Shown here piece by piece: positions 62,801 to 64,000 of a stretch of DNA of 64,000 nt. The position numbers and the translations under genes are program-made. The notes beneath the pieces were generated by a model. The model did not search any database, was not told the DNA's origin, and saw only the letters and a program-made list of their open reading frames with translations. Source of the DNA: Candidatus Sulfomarinibacteraceae bacterium (lineage in GTDB: Bacteria > Acidobacteriota > Thermoanaerobaculia > Thermoanaerobaculales > Sulfomarinibacteraceae). The stretch is from contig CAWCLO010000006.1 of NCBI GenBank assembly GCA_963796455.1, forward strand, positions 96,001-160,000. The letters are read 5' to 3'. Each line of letters starts with the position of its first letter. The first letter of the stretch is position 1.

Positions 62801-64000
62801 TCCGAGCCCCTGGGTGCGAATGCAGACATCGCTGGCCGGCTATCTGGTCACGAATCTGAGGCTGCGCTTCCGAGGGCTCGGCAGCTATGGTGGCGACGAA
62901 AATATTTTCCTCGACAACATCGCGGTGGGCGAACAGACGCCTGGCGCGCCTACCCTCAGTGCTCCAGCCTGGGGCGGAGACGAGCCCACCGTGAGGCCCA
63001 CCCTGATCGTGAAAAACGCCATCGATTACCAGAGCGATCTCATGAACTACGAGTACCAGGTCTTTGATGACTCGGAGCTCACCAATATCGTCGCCGACGT
63101 GCCGGCGGTCGCGGGCGGCAGCGACACCACCTCCTGGCCTGTCGACGAAGACCTCCTCCCCGACACCCAGTACTGGTGGCGCTGCCGGGCCACCGACGAT
63201 TCGGACCACACCGGTCCGTGGATGGAGACCGCCACCTTCTTCGTCCAACTCGAGGATCATCCACCGACAGTTCCGGTTCTGCTCGCTCCGGCCGATGGGG
63301 GTGAACTGGCGGATCTTACCGGCCGTTTGACCTGGCTCGAATCCACCGATCCGGACGAGGACAGCGGTGACTACGTCGCGAGCTATCGGGTCCAGATCGA
63401 TGACGATCCCGCCTTCGGCTCGATCGACGTCGACGTGACCGGAATCACGGTCTCGACCAAGGCCACGGGCGCACTCAGCGTTGCGCTTTCCGACCTCACG
63501 GGCTCCGACAGCCTCGTCACCGGAACCCTCTACCACTGGCGGGTCAACGCCAAGGACAGCCACGGCGTGGCCTCGGATTGGTCGGCCGGTCCGACTCGCT
63601 TCATCTTCGGCTCCGACGAACAGGCGCCGACCTGTGCAATCAGCTCCCCAGCCGACGATGCCACCGTGACCGGAACCCCGATCACTATCACCGGCACCGC
63701 CAGCGACGATATCTCGGGACCGGACATCATCGAGATTTCAACCGACGGCGGCTCCACCTGGACCCAGGCGGTCGGCTCGGATTCGTGGACCCACCAGTGG
63801 TGGCCGGCTCTCAGCGGCGACTACGAACTGAGCTGCCGCGCCACCGACCTCGCCGAGAACGCGGGAACGACATCGACTCCCATCACGGTCCACGCCGATC
63901 TCGACCGGACGATGTCCTTCGGCGAGGGAAGCGCGGAGATCAACGAGGACGTCGGGAGCTACAATGTGACCGTCACCCTGAGCGCGGCCCGAGCGACCGA
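56894..64000 (+). CDS. Giant secreted/surface protein with repeated MAM-like beta-sandwich and FN3 domains, Ig-like and Calx-beta-like domains; runs off window end
   Basis: ATG 56894 after GGGGGAG (one indel in the first codons); same frame at 56985 and 63960; recurring [YL]PFxD[DG]xE.G...W, DGWY[VI]DD, FTDTGL...YYYRV. Confidence 0.9.
58709..61751 (+). repeat. Intragenic tandem repeat, period 1182 bp (394 aa), ~2.6 copies
   Basis: cgactggggctatctcgagg at 58709, 59891 and 61073; shadow ORFs recur at exactly +1182. Confidence 0.95.

Overview
High-GC bacterial chromosomal window. The gene content and the 'DGFESG'-type motifs resemble Acidobacteriota/Thermoanaerobaculia; this is inference only. 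Contents in order: a tetraheme cytochrome c/NrfC/NrfD redox module; an attenuated histidine operon with two unusual fusions (HisC-HAD, HisA-HisI-HisE); two convergent arsenic operons (arsR-acr3 and arsR-arsP-arsEFG-like); envelope-stress genes; an ApbE/porin/FMN-binding flavinylation operon; a GGDEF protein; a 14-kb lipid/ester utilisation cluster (TonB receptor, TetR, 2 acyl-CoA ligases, 2 non-canonical KAS III, thiolase, SDR, 4 hydrolases); rnr; tRNA-Leu(CAG) followed by 173-bp tandem repeats of its own 3' end; the mercury-methylation pair hgcAB; a second TonB receptor; and the start of a giant (>2300 aa) surface protein with near-identical 1182-bp repeats. The best hidden signal is in hgcA. 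Its frame extends upstream through an in-frame TGA that is immediately followed by a textbook bacterial SECIS hairpin, so this HgcA is probably a selenoprotein, with a Ser-Sec rather than Cys-Sec context. Intergenic regions carry many families of short tandem repeats and palindromes, often as inverted pairs and stacked at hotspots. About 8 single-base frameshifts in otherwise intact genes point to unpolished sequence rather than true pseudogenes. All family assignments come from motif recognition; no database searches were run.
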